Of a DNA stretch of 64,000 nt, positions 14,182 to 26,900 are shown in pieces (the first letter of the stretch is position 1; the number at the start of each line of letters is the position of its first letter). The notes beneath the pieces were generated by a model. It searched no databases, had not been told where the DNA came from, and saw only the letters and a program-made list of their open reading frames with translations. The translations under genes and the position numbers were made by a program. Source of the stretch: Dimorphilus gyrociliatus. Its lineage: Eukaryota; Animalia; Annelida. The DNA lies in assembly GCA_904063045.1 (NCBI GenBank), contig CAJFCJ010000016.1:186001-250000 (forward strand), in the 5' to 3' direction.

Positions 14182-17100
14182 ATGAAAGACGAAAAATTAG
14201 TTTTTGGCGATGAGCTTCGCTTTAAACAGAACATTTTAAATTATATTTCTAACTATGTTTTAAAACTTAAAATGGAAGAAGGGTCTTTTGATATCTATTT
14301 TACAGTATACATGGATTTTGGATATACTTATAGAATGTATAAATTGTATTACCCGGGTAGTTGCCTTGATAGTGCAGCTGGCGAAGAATTTAATAAAGTA
14401 AAGTTTAGAGCTACTTTGAAGAAGGCTCTTCTCTACACAAGAGATTATGTTTTAAATAAAAGGCATCCATTGGTATCTATTAACGGCTTTGTGGAGTTGT
14501 CACTTACCAGTGGTAACATTCGATGCGAAGCATATACTTTAGATATAACGGAGGAACATCGGAAATTAAATAGACCGATATTCAGTCCAAATTTAATTAC
14601 AATTGAACCTATTAGTGAAGGAAGTAGTTCTCAAGAGACTACAAGCAGAGGATTAGCAAGTAACGGAAAAAAAGTTATTCGACCAAATAGTTCGGGTGTA
14701 CTATTAGAAACATTTGAAGGAACTTCACCAAGTCCTGAAACTGTCAACGGAGGTGAGGAAGTAATAGTTATACCGAAGGAAATACCTAAGGCAGCGAGTT
14801 CGGAACAACGACCATTAAACCCACCAATTGCAACGGCAAACCGTAAAGGTTCTACTATAGTTATAGCTTTGCCTACTGATTACAATGCTTTTGATAATGG
14901 AAAGCAGAATAGAATAACAAACGTTCCACATGTTCGGACAAATAAGAAATCGAATGACAAGAACATAATTCCAATTCCAAAGAAAAAAAATGATACATCA
15001 CCTAAGCCATCAAGTCCTCAAGTAATTATTAACACGAATATATCAAAAGATAATTATTCATACTTCCGTAAAATACCGGGTACTTCAATTATTGCTAGGA
15101 AAATACCCAAGTCATCACTAAAAGCTCCTGTTACAGAATTTCGAATAACTGAAAAAACTAAAAATAAAACAACTGTAGATAAAGAAGCACAAATTCGAAC
15201 AAAAAAGTCAAGTACAGTTATCGATTTTATTCATGATCCTAGAATACTTTCCTCTGGCAGTAATAGTAATACTGAGGATGAAAACAATAGCAGCAATAAT
15301 GTAGCAGTTGACGAATCAGATAATGAAACAGTTGTTACAAGAATTTCTGTACAAGATAAGGACAAATCCAGTAAAGCTACAAACTCTGACAACGAATTAT
15401 CGAACAGTAATAGCAAAACACCTTTTATAAGAGTTGATCTTGGAAAACTGAAAAATTTCGGAACAACAGATAAATCTACTGTAAAAACCACCACTAAAAC
15501 TACAACAACAACAACAACTACTACTACAACCAAGAAAAAAGTTAGCTCAGCTTTAACTAAATCCTTAAATTCAAATGCTGATCATGCGCAAAACTCTGAG
15601 TTAGATACCACTGCTATTCTCTACATTGAGGATCTTGAAGATGGCGATGAAACGGAGAGTAATAATTTATCGCTAACTGTCAAAACTAAGAACTTTAAAG
15701 TAACACCCTTTACATGTCCATATCCTATTTGCAATAAGGTATTTTTTCTCAGAAGATCTCGAGCAGACCATGTAAAAAAAGTACACAAAAAGGATATCAT
15801 TAACTGCACATTTTGTAGCAGTGTGTTCTGCTGGCAAACGGATTATGGTATTCATTTCCTGGAGGAACATAAAAATGAAGTTGCTCTTGTCGAAAAAGGA
15901 TGCTGTTGTGGACGATATTTTAATGGAAAGATTCTTTTAAGAGATCATCTGTGGAAAACACATTATGCTAAAGGTTATAAATGCAGCATTTGCTCACAAA
16001 AATTTCAACAAACTGAAATAGAGCCCTTAAGGCATCACCTTATGAGACATACGAACTATATGTGTGCCCTTTGCGGGCAAGAGGAATCGAATCCGAAAGA
16101 ATATATTAAACATTTCAAAAATGGTCATCCAGGTAAAACAATTCTTTATTCCTGTTTCTTATGTAGTGCACTTCTTGAGGAAGCCGCTCTTGAACTACAT
16201 TATATGACAAAACACTGTACGAAGTCAATAGATATACCTAAAGCGTTAGATACGTCTGGATCTGCATCAGATATTATAAGTGACAAATTAAGAAAGTGGT
16301 ACAACTTAAAAGATTGCTCAATTGATGTTCGACCAGTGGACAAACCCAAAATTATTCAAGCGACATATTCATCGAATAGAGAGGTATGATCAAATGATAT
16401 TTAAATATTCAATTTTTTACATTTTAAATTTTTGTCATGTATTAATTCTTTTTTGTAGATAAATCTCGAATCGAACGAATTATTTTCTAGTAATATGCAA
16501 AGGAATAATCACTGCTCCTGCCAATGTACTGATGAATGCTCCAATTTAGAATCAATGTCTTTTTATCAACATATTCTTGATACAAAACTACGAGAGAAGA
16601 CTTGTCAGCTGTGTCAAAAGAGCGAAGAAGCTGTTAAACCACGAGCCCTAGTGCCATTAGAACCAAAGAAGTTTGCTTGTCTTATTTGCGGCGATAAAAT
16701 TGATAACGTTGGTCGTCATTTTTTTGAAAAACATTTCAAAGACGGAGTAACATGTCCAGTATGCAATGCTGAAGTTTTAGAAACTTTCTCATTGTTCGTG
16801 TCTCATTTAAGAACAGCACATCAGCCGACAAAAGTGAAAGATTATTGCCCTTTTTGCTGTTGTTCCATATCAAATAACGAACACTTTAAACTATTCCATA
16901 GTGATAGACGAAATATTGGATTCTACAAATGTGTCATGTGTAAGGAGTACATAGAGTCTTATTACATGGGTTATCACTATCTTCAGCACCACTGTAAAGT
17001 TAAAAAGACTACTCCACCGGAAAAACAGTCAATTTCTAAAGAAGTAAACGCTTTACCAACTTATAGAAATGACCAATCGGTTGCGGATGATAGTTGTTTT

Positions 17101-17510
17101 AACAATATAGAAATTGAAGAACTCGACGAAAGTTCTAGAAAACGTGTTGATGAGGAATCTTCTACGAATGGTTAGTTCAGATTAGAAAGTATCATAAATA
17201 TTACTAATAATTAATCTATTACTTTATAAACATTATAGGCACAGGTGAAAATTCGAAGAACTTGAGTGATCAGGTAGTTTATTATCTGTTTTATTTTGTT
17301 TAGTCAATTTAATTTTAAGTTTGCTTTTTTTCTAAATTATAGCACAGAGTGAATACTGGAATTAGTCCAGCTATAAAAAGTAAACACAATGAATCTATTT
17401 CAAAAAGGTTAAGGCCTAAAGCATCTGTAAAGAGAAGGCACGATGGAAAAATAATAGGACCAAAAAGTGCTAAACAACGGAAAATATTAATTGGAGAGCG
17501 TAAAGATTAA
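14182..17510 (+). CDS. Multi-C2H2 zinc-finger protein (about 10 degenerate fingers) with a long Ser/Thr/Lys-rich linker
   Basis: Repeated CxxC...HxxxH units in ORFs 14182-16389 and 16495-17175, joined by a phase-0 intron (16385-16458). Small terminal exons end at TAA 17508-17510. No TGEKP linkers. Confidence 0.85.
15487..15531 (+). repeat. Coding ACN trinucleotide microsatellite encoding a poly-Thr tract
   Basis: acc acc act aaa act aca aca aca ... act act aca acc encodes TTTKTTTTTTTTTTT. Confidence 0.9.
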
Positions 17511-17891
17511 TTATTTAAGATAGATGGATAGATAGAGAGAGAGAGAGAATTAAAAGAGATATATATATAGAAAGATAGAAAATGATACCAAAGAACTTGG
17601 ATTGAAATATTATCCATTTTAGTGAAATTTTGAAGTATTGTGTATTGTATTTTTCTATCATTTGTTTGTTAAAATTGGTGATATTAAGAGAATAATTTTT
17701 GTCTTGCATGTTTAAATATGCTTTTATTTATAGATTTCAATTAGCAAAACATTATTTCGATCATTCCTTTTCTTCTCAGAAAATTTCGACAATACAAAAT
17801 TTGTTCGTTCAAGATAACGATAAAAACAGGATAAAATATCACAGCGAAAAATCATAAAGATTCCTCATATTTTTTGTAGTGCATAAGTAAG

Positions 17892-20800
17892 TTACAGGGG
17901 AGGTTGACCCATTTCCATTAAAGCCATTTCCTGTCCAATAGAAATAATATGTAAGCTATTGCACTTAAAATATTTCCTTGACGACACTTACAGATAATGT
18001 TTTCCCAGAAGGAATACAAAAAATACTAAATCTTAGAGTTATTCTTTTGCTATTATAAAGGAGAAATGTGCAATTATAAAGAAGGAAATGTGATATTAAC
18101 AATTAAGGATATATTAAGTTTATGAAAATTAAATTCTGATTAGTTGTTAGGAATGCTATTAATTCATTTTTCCTGTACTTACGATGGTATCATAAAAAGT
18201 TTTCCCTATTGCTTCTTCGTAATATTTCGTCTCCTTTTGTAAAATACCACTATTACCCTTTTCAGATTCCTTTAAACTCTCTTTAACTAAGTCTAAGAAG
18301 GTAGATCCTTCTGCTGGTCTCTCCTCTACAGACCTACATTCATCAAGCGCACCTACAGATGACAATAGAAGATCGTTTCTCGCTAATTTCTCGGGTAAGT
18401 CTTGCTCTTCAAAATGGCCATCCCACAGTTTTACGACTACACTTGCGCCGCTCTAAAGTTCAGATCATTAATACAGAATATTATAACTATATAATAGGAT
18501 AATTTCTTACCATAAACATTTCAGGAGGCCATGACGTCCCTGCTAAATAATCTGCAACTTTGGTCGTCTTTAATGCTTCCTGCATTTCTTTTGCTGGATT
18601 TTCTTTAAATAATGGTAAATGGTATTCACCATGACTCACAACTCCATTCCTAATAAAAATTTACATTTAATGTAAAGAAAATCTATTTTTTCTCATTTAT
18701 TTTGTCTTACTCATCGAAAAGTGGCATTATCGTCCAACCTATCATCGTCAAGCCTATGTCTGCGTCAGGGTCACCTTCTGCGGACTTGACCACTCCAATC
18801 GTTTGATGATCTTCACTTGGTATATATACCACTTCTAATGCAAATATTTGAAAGAGAATCATACTATATAAATCAAAATGAGGATGTTTAATGTTGGGAT
18901 TGTCATTCCATTTCGGCGATCTTCGAAAACTGCTCAAATTATACTTCATAGACACAAGCTGATCGTTTCTTCCGTAACCTTCCTCAGTGGGTGGGAGTTC
19001 TTGAGCTCTCGTACCCCTATGAACTCTTCCATATACTTGACACATTTTATCAGGTAATCCATAGGCTGCAATAATTTTCACATTTAGTCCAGCAGATATT
19101 CTGTAACGCACACATTTCGATACATCAATATTATCAGCAGGATTTGTCATATTCATTTTTTCTCTATCTAGTCTATCTGTAAGCCAAAGTATCAAATCAG
19201 AATTTTTATTAGAAGTTAGATGTGTATTTTCCTTCTTTTGAAGTTCAATTATAGCTTCTCGAACAGTTTTATTTCTATCTTCATTATAACTCTTTATAAC
19301 ATTCATTTCTGATTTGTTAAAGCCAGTATAGCGTTTATAACGAGCTGTAGGTGGTGGAGTAGAGGGAGTTCCAGGTTGATGTTTTGTTAGTCTTAAAAGA
19401 ATGCGAGTGGCTGGAACCATAGCTTCTTTTAAAATATCTAAAGGATTCCCTTCTGGTCTACCGCCGTGTAACTCCAAAGAATGTGCGCCTACTTTTAGAT
19501 TATTGTTTTCATCGAATGGCTCAAATGCGGAATTACCTATCACTTTAAGACTGGAGTCGTCAGCATCCACAGTATAAATCCTAAGAAATAGAATGCATTT
19601 GGAATTGACAGTAGCCTTTTGACTATTACAATGTCGCTTATATTGAAAAACAGGAGATCTGCTTGAAGAATCCAGTATTGGAACTGCCTTTATCTTCCAA
19701 TCTCGAGTGTCTGTTCCATGATCAATCATATCTCCATTAATTCGGATAATTGTTGCTGTATCAGGGATATAATCAACTCTATCTATATATAAATCAAATG
19801 GTTCATTATTCTTGATATTTTCTTCCAAGGGAGAAGGTGTTCTATGAGGAGCTGGAGTTGGTGTTGACAATCTCCGTGGAACCGGCGAAGGCCTTTCAGT
19901 TCTAGGATCAAATACAATCGATTTCAGAATAGATCCTGATGAAAGAATGTCTAAAAAGAAAAGAATAAATAAATTTATATTTCTGCTTCTTAATAAGATG
20001 ACGCTCACTTACCGGATGGATTAGACCTTGGTGATGAAAGAATTTCTGTCTCAGGAACTGGTCCAGAATGTATATCTATGCTAACATCTCCTTCATTTAA
20101 TACCCACTCTCCCTCTTCTTGTTTGAAAGCATTGACCTGGCCCCATCCTAGAGGAACTTTAGCACTTAGATTGGTATCGCCAGCTTGATAAAAGTCTAAG
20201 CGAAGAATCAAAAAGGGTTTTAAATCTTCACCAGTATCTTTTAAATCATATTCTGAGAGATTGATGCTCTCAGATATCCACTTTTCTCTTTCAAAAGATA
20301 CGGTATATACAATTGAACCATCAGGTTCGTATTTAGGTTCATTAACAGTTGCTTCAATATTTGATGATCGCGAACGGAGCTTAGTCGAACCGAAAAATAC
20401 TGACGTAAGTCCTTTTATTTTACCAAAATGTAAATTCTTCAACCAACTATTACTTTTTATGGCATTTGAACCAACTCTTAGATAAGCTATTAGTTTTTTA
20501 ACGCCGCTGGCCGGGAGAGTTCCAACAATAGGTGTAGGTGATTTAACTGGTGAAGGAGGAGCTGTAGAAGGCACTGCTGTTGATAATGGTGAGACACTTT
20601 CTGCGATGCTGTGATGGAGAAATAAAATATATAACTTATCTATTAAGGCTTAAATAAATAGCAGCTTACAGAGAACCAAGTTGATTCATTTGAGGGACTT
20701 CTAGCAAATCTTCATCATTTTGTAAATGTTTCCAAGCGCGTATTATGTCATTCGTATATAGTTTGCAAGGCTCACCGAAAAAGACGGCTTTCATTTCAAG

Positions 20801-22717
20801 ATAGTGTTTTGCTTCCAGAAATTTATGCTTTAAAAGCATAAGTAAGGCCAAGCATAGATCTTCTATAGCCTTATTATCCCAACCCTGCATCATAAATTGA
20901 TCCCAACTCCACATTATGGCTGGGCAATCTAAAACGGTTACAAAGCCTTCCCCAATCCATTTACGAATAAAGATCAATGGATCTCCAAATATATCACGGG
21001 ACATTTGAAGCGATTTCTTAGAAGATGGATCAGATTTGAGGAAATCTTCTGCTTTCGTCCTCTCAGACATCATCAATTGAATCATAAAATCCCTTCTAAA
21101 GCTGTTGACTTCCGTTTCGTATTCACTGACAGTGCTGAAGAAAGATAAGAACATAGGAAAAAAATGAATAAGAAGCATAATATTAGAAAAATAAAAGACC
21201 TTCCTATATCTTTTAAATGAGTTACAAATTTTGGATCCTTTTTCTTTAATCTTCTTAAACAATTGTCTGCCATAGCAAATACATTAGGCCATTTAGGATA
21301 TAATGTTTGATTGAGCAAATCCAGGTACATCGCCAATTCATAGACATGTTCGCTTTCGGCTTGTTCCTCAAAAAAGGCTAGCTGTATCGGGAAAAGCCAA
21401 CAAACTAGATAAGGTTCATAGCTACCATCGTACACGTAGAGACAATTAAGGGTCCTAGCCGCTTCTCTCATATGTTCATTGCTATCAATTGCACACTGTA
21501 ATCCGGGAGTGGTATCATAAATTTGGATCACAACATTGTCAATAAGTGCACTAATAGGAGAATGAGTAGCTCTTTTTATCTTTAATTCGCTTACTCTTCT
21601 CGATATTGCTCTTCCAAATTTCTCCCTTACTAATAAAGAAAGAAACGTCAGTATTACGTAATTTCGTAAAAGATATAAAGTTTAAAACGAACCTAAATGC
21701 TCAACATTAACTCCTTCATATTTCCGACGATGATGTTTATATAAAACGTCTAGCCAAATATAACTTCGTAGGGATGGAGGTAATCTATATCCTTTTAAAG
21801 ATTTGACAATCTCGGCAAACCTTGAAGGATCTCGTTTCAAGATAAAAACTAAAGATCTTGAAATGGAATTACTTTCCATTCCCCAATAAGCCGATGGTTC
21901 TATTGGTTCGAGTGTCGAAATGGTGGATAAAGAATTGACAGATAAGGAACGTGTTGATCCTTTCAATATCCCCTTCGTTGCTGATTTATTTTTCCATTTT
22001 GACCTGGAATTACGTTGTTTGGCCTCTTCCCTTAAGCGGGCAATTTCCTTACTCTTCCTCGCCGACTATAATTAACTATGATATGAGAATGAACAACAAT
22101 GATTTAAACTAGATCTTACCCAAACTTCTCTTTCCTGCATGGCTAAATGACGCTCTAATGATATTTTTACAACTTGACGATTGGTGTGGGTAAGAAAAGT
22201 AGACATTTCATCCGAAATTCTTTTACTTTAATAAGGTAAGAAAACTTAATTCTAATAGTAACAACTTTAAAATTGTATATACTTTGGATGTTCCAAAGGT
22301 CTTTGGCACTTAGCTTCTTGACAAGACTCCTCAAGTGATTTTTTAAGAAATTCTTGAACTTTAACTTGAAGTTCGTGATGTTCTTTTATTGATATTTCAT
22401 CCTAGATTGTTGTTAAATAATAAATACAAGAGTATTTAATCTTATTTTCATCTACTTACCAAAACACTTAGCTTAAATTCATCATTAGGAAAATGCGATC
22501 TGACAAAATTAGAACCAAGTAAAGAAAAAGTCATTTGCTTTTGTTTTTCATTGACAAAAAATGGTGGAAGTTTTTTGACAAACGAAGCATTAATTTTATC
22601 TGAAACCTTCCACCAAGGTGAAGAAGGTAGTAGAGTTTGCTGATAGCAACTATCTAACCAAGGAAGCCCGAAAGGATGCTCTTCATCCTGTTTCTTTAGT
22701 TTCGGATACTTATTCAT
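17892..22717 (-). CDS. Uncharacterised large protein with a TBC (Rab-GAP)-like domain and three C2-like domains
   Basis: A chain of phase-compatible exons spans ORFs 22448-22717, 21682-21966, 21082-21531, 20666-21262, 20005-20574, 18707-20008 and 18159-18365. TBC-like segments are LPPSLRSYIW and WSWDQFMMQGW. Three G-W/N-x-x-x-x-F...G-x-x-x-L/I repeats follow. The terminal exon EMALMEMGQPPL* (17930-17892) is tentative. Confidence 0.75.
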
Positions 22718-23768
22718 AATTTATTAGATTTAGGATATTCCAAACCAAAGCAGTATTTTTCGGCAGTTTTATATTGGTTTTGATGAACTACACTCTGTTT
22801 GATAAGTGAACGACTTGGAATAAAAATGCTTTTAGTTAATATTATTTTGATAAATACTTGAGAGGATGTTCGACACTTTGTCAAGCACAATTCAAATCTA
22901 TCGGACACGGCGTCGAATGCGTGGGGAATTAATTTTGCTTTTAGCACTCTTTCTAAAATTCCTTTCTGCTTGGAAATTGAATAATTATCGTTTAAAACTC
23001 AATATAAGTGAGACGATTAATATACAAACATTCTTTGGTTTTAAACAGCAGGCAACGCAATTTTCGTATAAAGAACAGCAGTTATTTTCTAAGCAATGTT
23101 GACAGTCGTATCTACGAGTTTCCTTTGATTGTAGGCAACATCCAGTAGAAGTTATCGCTCTTCTGAGGCATATATAACCTCTTTCATCGACTATTTGCAG
23201 TCTTCCTTGAACGGAATTTCTACAATGTATTATTGTTATATTATCTTCGCTCAAAGACGTTTCTAAAGGTTTATTCCATTGGAAGTCTTCGACTTTCAAA
23301 TTAGGTGTTGTGTGATATTCAATTTTCCTGGTGAGCTGTTGAAAAATAGAGGATGGTGAGCTGCTAATTGGAGAAAGGTAAAAACAGAATCTAAGGTTCT
23401 AACTGCTCTACCAAAGAAAATCCAAGCCTAACAAATAAGAGTCAATATAGATTTATATTTATAAATATATCTTAATGATTTATATTGATTATCAACCAAT
23501 AAAAAGTAAATAGAATCGAAGAACAAATATTACTCAAAGGACAACTATTCAATAAAAAGCAAGAAATATATGGGAAGGTTTGAGATTTATTGTGAAAACA
23601 TCGTGTAATTTTTTAACTTGATAGTCTTTGCTCTTTTTAAGAATAAAAGGTATTTAGAGAGCGATAAAGGCGTACCTTAAAAAAAGCGTTTTCAAGAAAG
23701 TATAAAAGTGAACAACAAAAAATAAGCGCCAAAAACCAGCGTCTTCTTATTAATCGAGAAAAACGCAT
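22714..23768 (-). CDS. SPRING1: SREBP regulating gene protein (C12orf49 / UPF0454 family)
   Basis: N-terminal RLIRRRWFLALIFCCSLLYF anchor (exon 23768-23676) and Cys-rich CRNSVQG...DERGYIC...GCC...CCSLYENCVACCL...FELCLTKCRTSSQ|SVVHQN...KYCFG. Confidence 0.93.
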
Positions 23769-23921
23769 GAGAGCATGATACCCTAACAGATCTCAAAAAT
23801 TCCCTTGTTTTAAACAACAATTAGCAACAGGCGATAATCAAGGAAAATTTTCATCAAAACAGAAAGCATAACGGGCACATGATCGTATGTTTCACTCTTA
23901 GTGAATCACGTGACCGGAAAA
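23769..23921. promoter_or_regulatory. Compact bidirectional promoter between SPRING1 and ANKFY1
   Basis: The divergent ATGs are about 154 bp apart. The gap contains TCACGTGAC (23906-23914) overlapping CCGGAA. Confidence 0.6.
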
Positions 23922-26900
23922 ATGGATGATGGTGGGTAAATTGATTTCATTTTTTAAAAACATTTGTCACTCTAAATCATTGTTTAAAAGAAAATCTTTT
24001 ATCGGTTTATATGCTCAATTTATTTTTATAATGAATTAATAATTTTACGATTGTTGTCTATCAAAGACTGCGATTATTATGCGAATTTTTACATTAAAAG
24101 AAAACTACAATCTCCTAATTAAAGTTAATAAATTAAAATAGTGCAAAATATTACTAATATTGTAAATATTAATTTTATTAGAGTTGTATTTTTGTATTAT
24201 TCAGGAAAATCTGTGCTCTTTCATAATATATAAGGCATAAGATGATTGCTATCTTAATAAAATAAAAACCTCTAACTTATTAATATTTCCATAAAATGAT
24301 CATAATACATATTTGCTAAATGAATGTACATATAATAAACATAGGATTGCAATCATTGCTTCTATTGATGATATAATTTGGTGTGGCTGACATAGGTCTA
24401 AGTTAAAACTGCTCGTACAATTGAAGAATATGGCCATTACAGAAATTATAACAATGGAATATCTCTCTAATGCTATCTGACTTTAAATATGGATTAAAAT
24501 ATCTAAGGCCTATTATGCTTAAACTTTATCTGAATATTTTTGTTAATGTATATATATATATATAAATGATTTTATAGAATTTGTCTTTTGCCTTATCACA
24601 TATAGATGGAGAAGTGGAAAAAGTACGAAAACATTTGGAATTGTTAAGAACAGAATACGTTCAGCTACAACAAAAACTTGCTGATGCAGAAAGGAAATTA
24701 GATGCAGCAACCGCAAATGTTGAAAACGGAACTGCTTTTGCTAGCTGCCTTTTAAGAGCTGTCGCAAACTTGTTAAATGATAAAAAGTATAGCGATATTA
24801 CGATTCGTTTCGAGAATCATGAAATTCAAGCGCATAAATTTGTTCTGGCCGCTAGAAACTCTAAATGGGGAAATTTAAATGTTCTTGATACAGATACTTT
24901 AGATTTTACAGATATATCCAAAGAAGCAGGAGAAGCTTTAATAAAATGGGTCTATACAGACAAATTAGAATGTGATTGTTCAAATATGGATCTGGTGCTG
25001 GAATTATTAAAAACCTCAAAAAAATTCTGCCTAAGTCACTTGTCCGATAGATGCGAAGAATCTTTAATTGCTACAATTACAGTGGAAAACTGTATACAAT
25101 TTTATAAATCTTCCTCAGAGATTGGAGCAGAAAAAGTACAAAATCATTGTTCAAAATTAATATCTCATTATTGGAATGATTTCTCAGCAACTGATTTTCA
25201 AACTCTTTCAGCAAAACTAGCTTATAATTTATTTAAAGATAAAAGTAATCATGTTCTACATTCTACTGTCAGGTTATTATGAATGAACAAAGCCTTATTT
25301 ATCTTCTAAATATCCCAAAAGCAGTAAAATTAAAGAAATAGTAAAGAAAAAAATAATTCAATAAGAATAATTCTTTTATTACTGAGTTATTATTTATTCA
25401 AAATTATTCAATAAAACTTTGTTCATTCAATAAAAATTTCTTCTTCATTTAATAGACTAGGAAGAGAGGATGTGTTAATGCTTTATCTTTTGGAATACGA
25501 CTCCTTATTGCCTTCGAAACTGGATGAATTAGATAACAAAGGTGAAGTTGCCTTGGATTTAGCTTTAAAATTATCAAGAAATACAATTGCTAAAACTTTG
25601 GTAAAATACGGTGCTAATGTAAATAGGAAAACTGTAGATGGTTATTCATTGTTGCACAAAGCTATTAGCCGTTCGGATAAAGATTCGGCATCATTTCTTT
25701 TGGACAATAATGCTGAAACTAATGGAAAACTAAAAACAGGAGACACGCCATTACATCTGGTTTCAGCTTCTTCTGCCGAGATGGCCGATTTAACAGTGCA
25801 ATTATTAAAGCATGGTGCTGATCCCAACTCTCAAAACGAAGACGGTGATACACCTTTACACATTGCCGTTGGAACGAAGAATAATATCGTTCTTGATCTT
25901 TTATTAAACGTTGATGAAAAGTTAGATTTAGATATATCAAATAATAGTGAAATGACTCCTCTTCGAATAGCATTAACCATACAAGATAGTTACGAATCGT
26001 CAATGGCTGGGAAACTACTTAAAGCTGGAGCTTCCTCTGACACAATACACGGAGCAGGTTAATATATCATTTCTCCAAGTCATTAATCTTGTTAGTATTA
26101 ATTTGTTTTTCTTTTTTTTTGTCTTCTTAGATTCAGATTGTTTATTACAAGTTTTAAGTAGAGAAGGACGAGAAGACGCTTGCGTTTTCCTGGCGGCAAA
26201 TGGTGTTAAAGTAAGTCGTTATAATGCTTTAGGAGAAACACCCTTGCATACAGCCTCTGCCTTTGGTTTGACAAGGTTAGTCAGGGTGTTATTGGATGCT
26301 GGAGCAGATCCAAACAGTTGTACAACAGCTCCTGTCTACGGGCAAGAATCGACTAAATTAACGCCTTTACATTTGGCTGTCCTTGAAGGAAGGGAGGAAG
26401 TTGTTGATACATTATTAGAAAATTCAGGGACTTCTGCTAATGCAAGAGATACTCAAGGAGGTACACCTTTGGGTTATGCTTTATGGCACGGTATGCATAA
26501 GGTAGCCGAAAAACTAGTAAAATTGGGAGCAGGAGTTGCAGGAGATGAAGGAGCTCTCCTATTAAGAGAAGCAATCGAACGAAAGAAAACCGATGCTGCT
26601 CTATTTATTTTAAAAAATGGCGCTCGTACAGATAGTTTAGTTGTATCCAATTGCCTGGAATTGGCGGTCAAGAATGGCTTGAAAATGGTTGTTGCTGAAT
26701 TATGTAAAAGAGGTGTTGCCAAAGACGCTCCTGACTCTGAGGGTAATAGACCAATATGGACTGCTTTAAAGAAAGGATATGAAGATGTAGCCAATGTACT
26801 AGTAGAATCGGGATGTGACGTTGACGGTTGGGACGTCGGTCCATCTGGTTGTTTGCAAACACTGCTGCACAGAGCTATAGGTATGTAAAGATATTGTATT

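Noticed and set aside
15231-15533. Minus-strand poly-Val ORF
   Set aside because: It is the antisense shadow of the poly-Thr tract in the zinc-finger gene.
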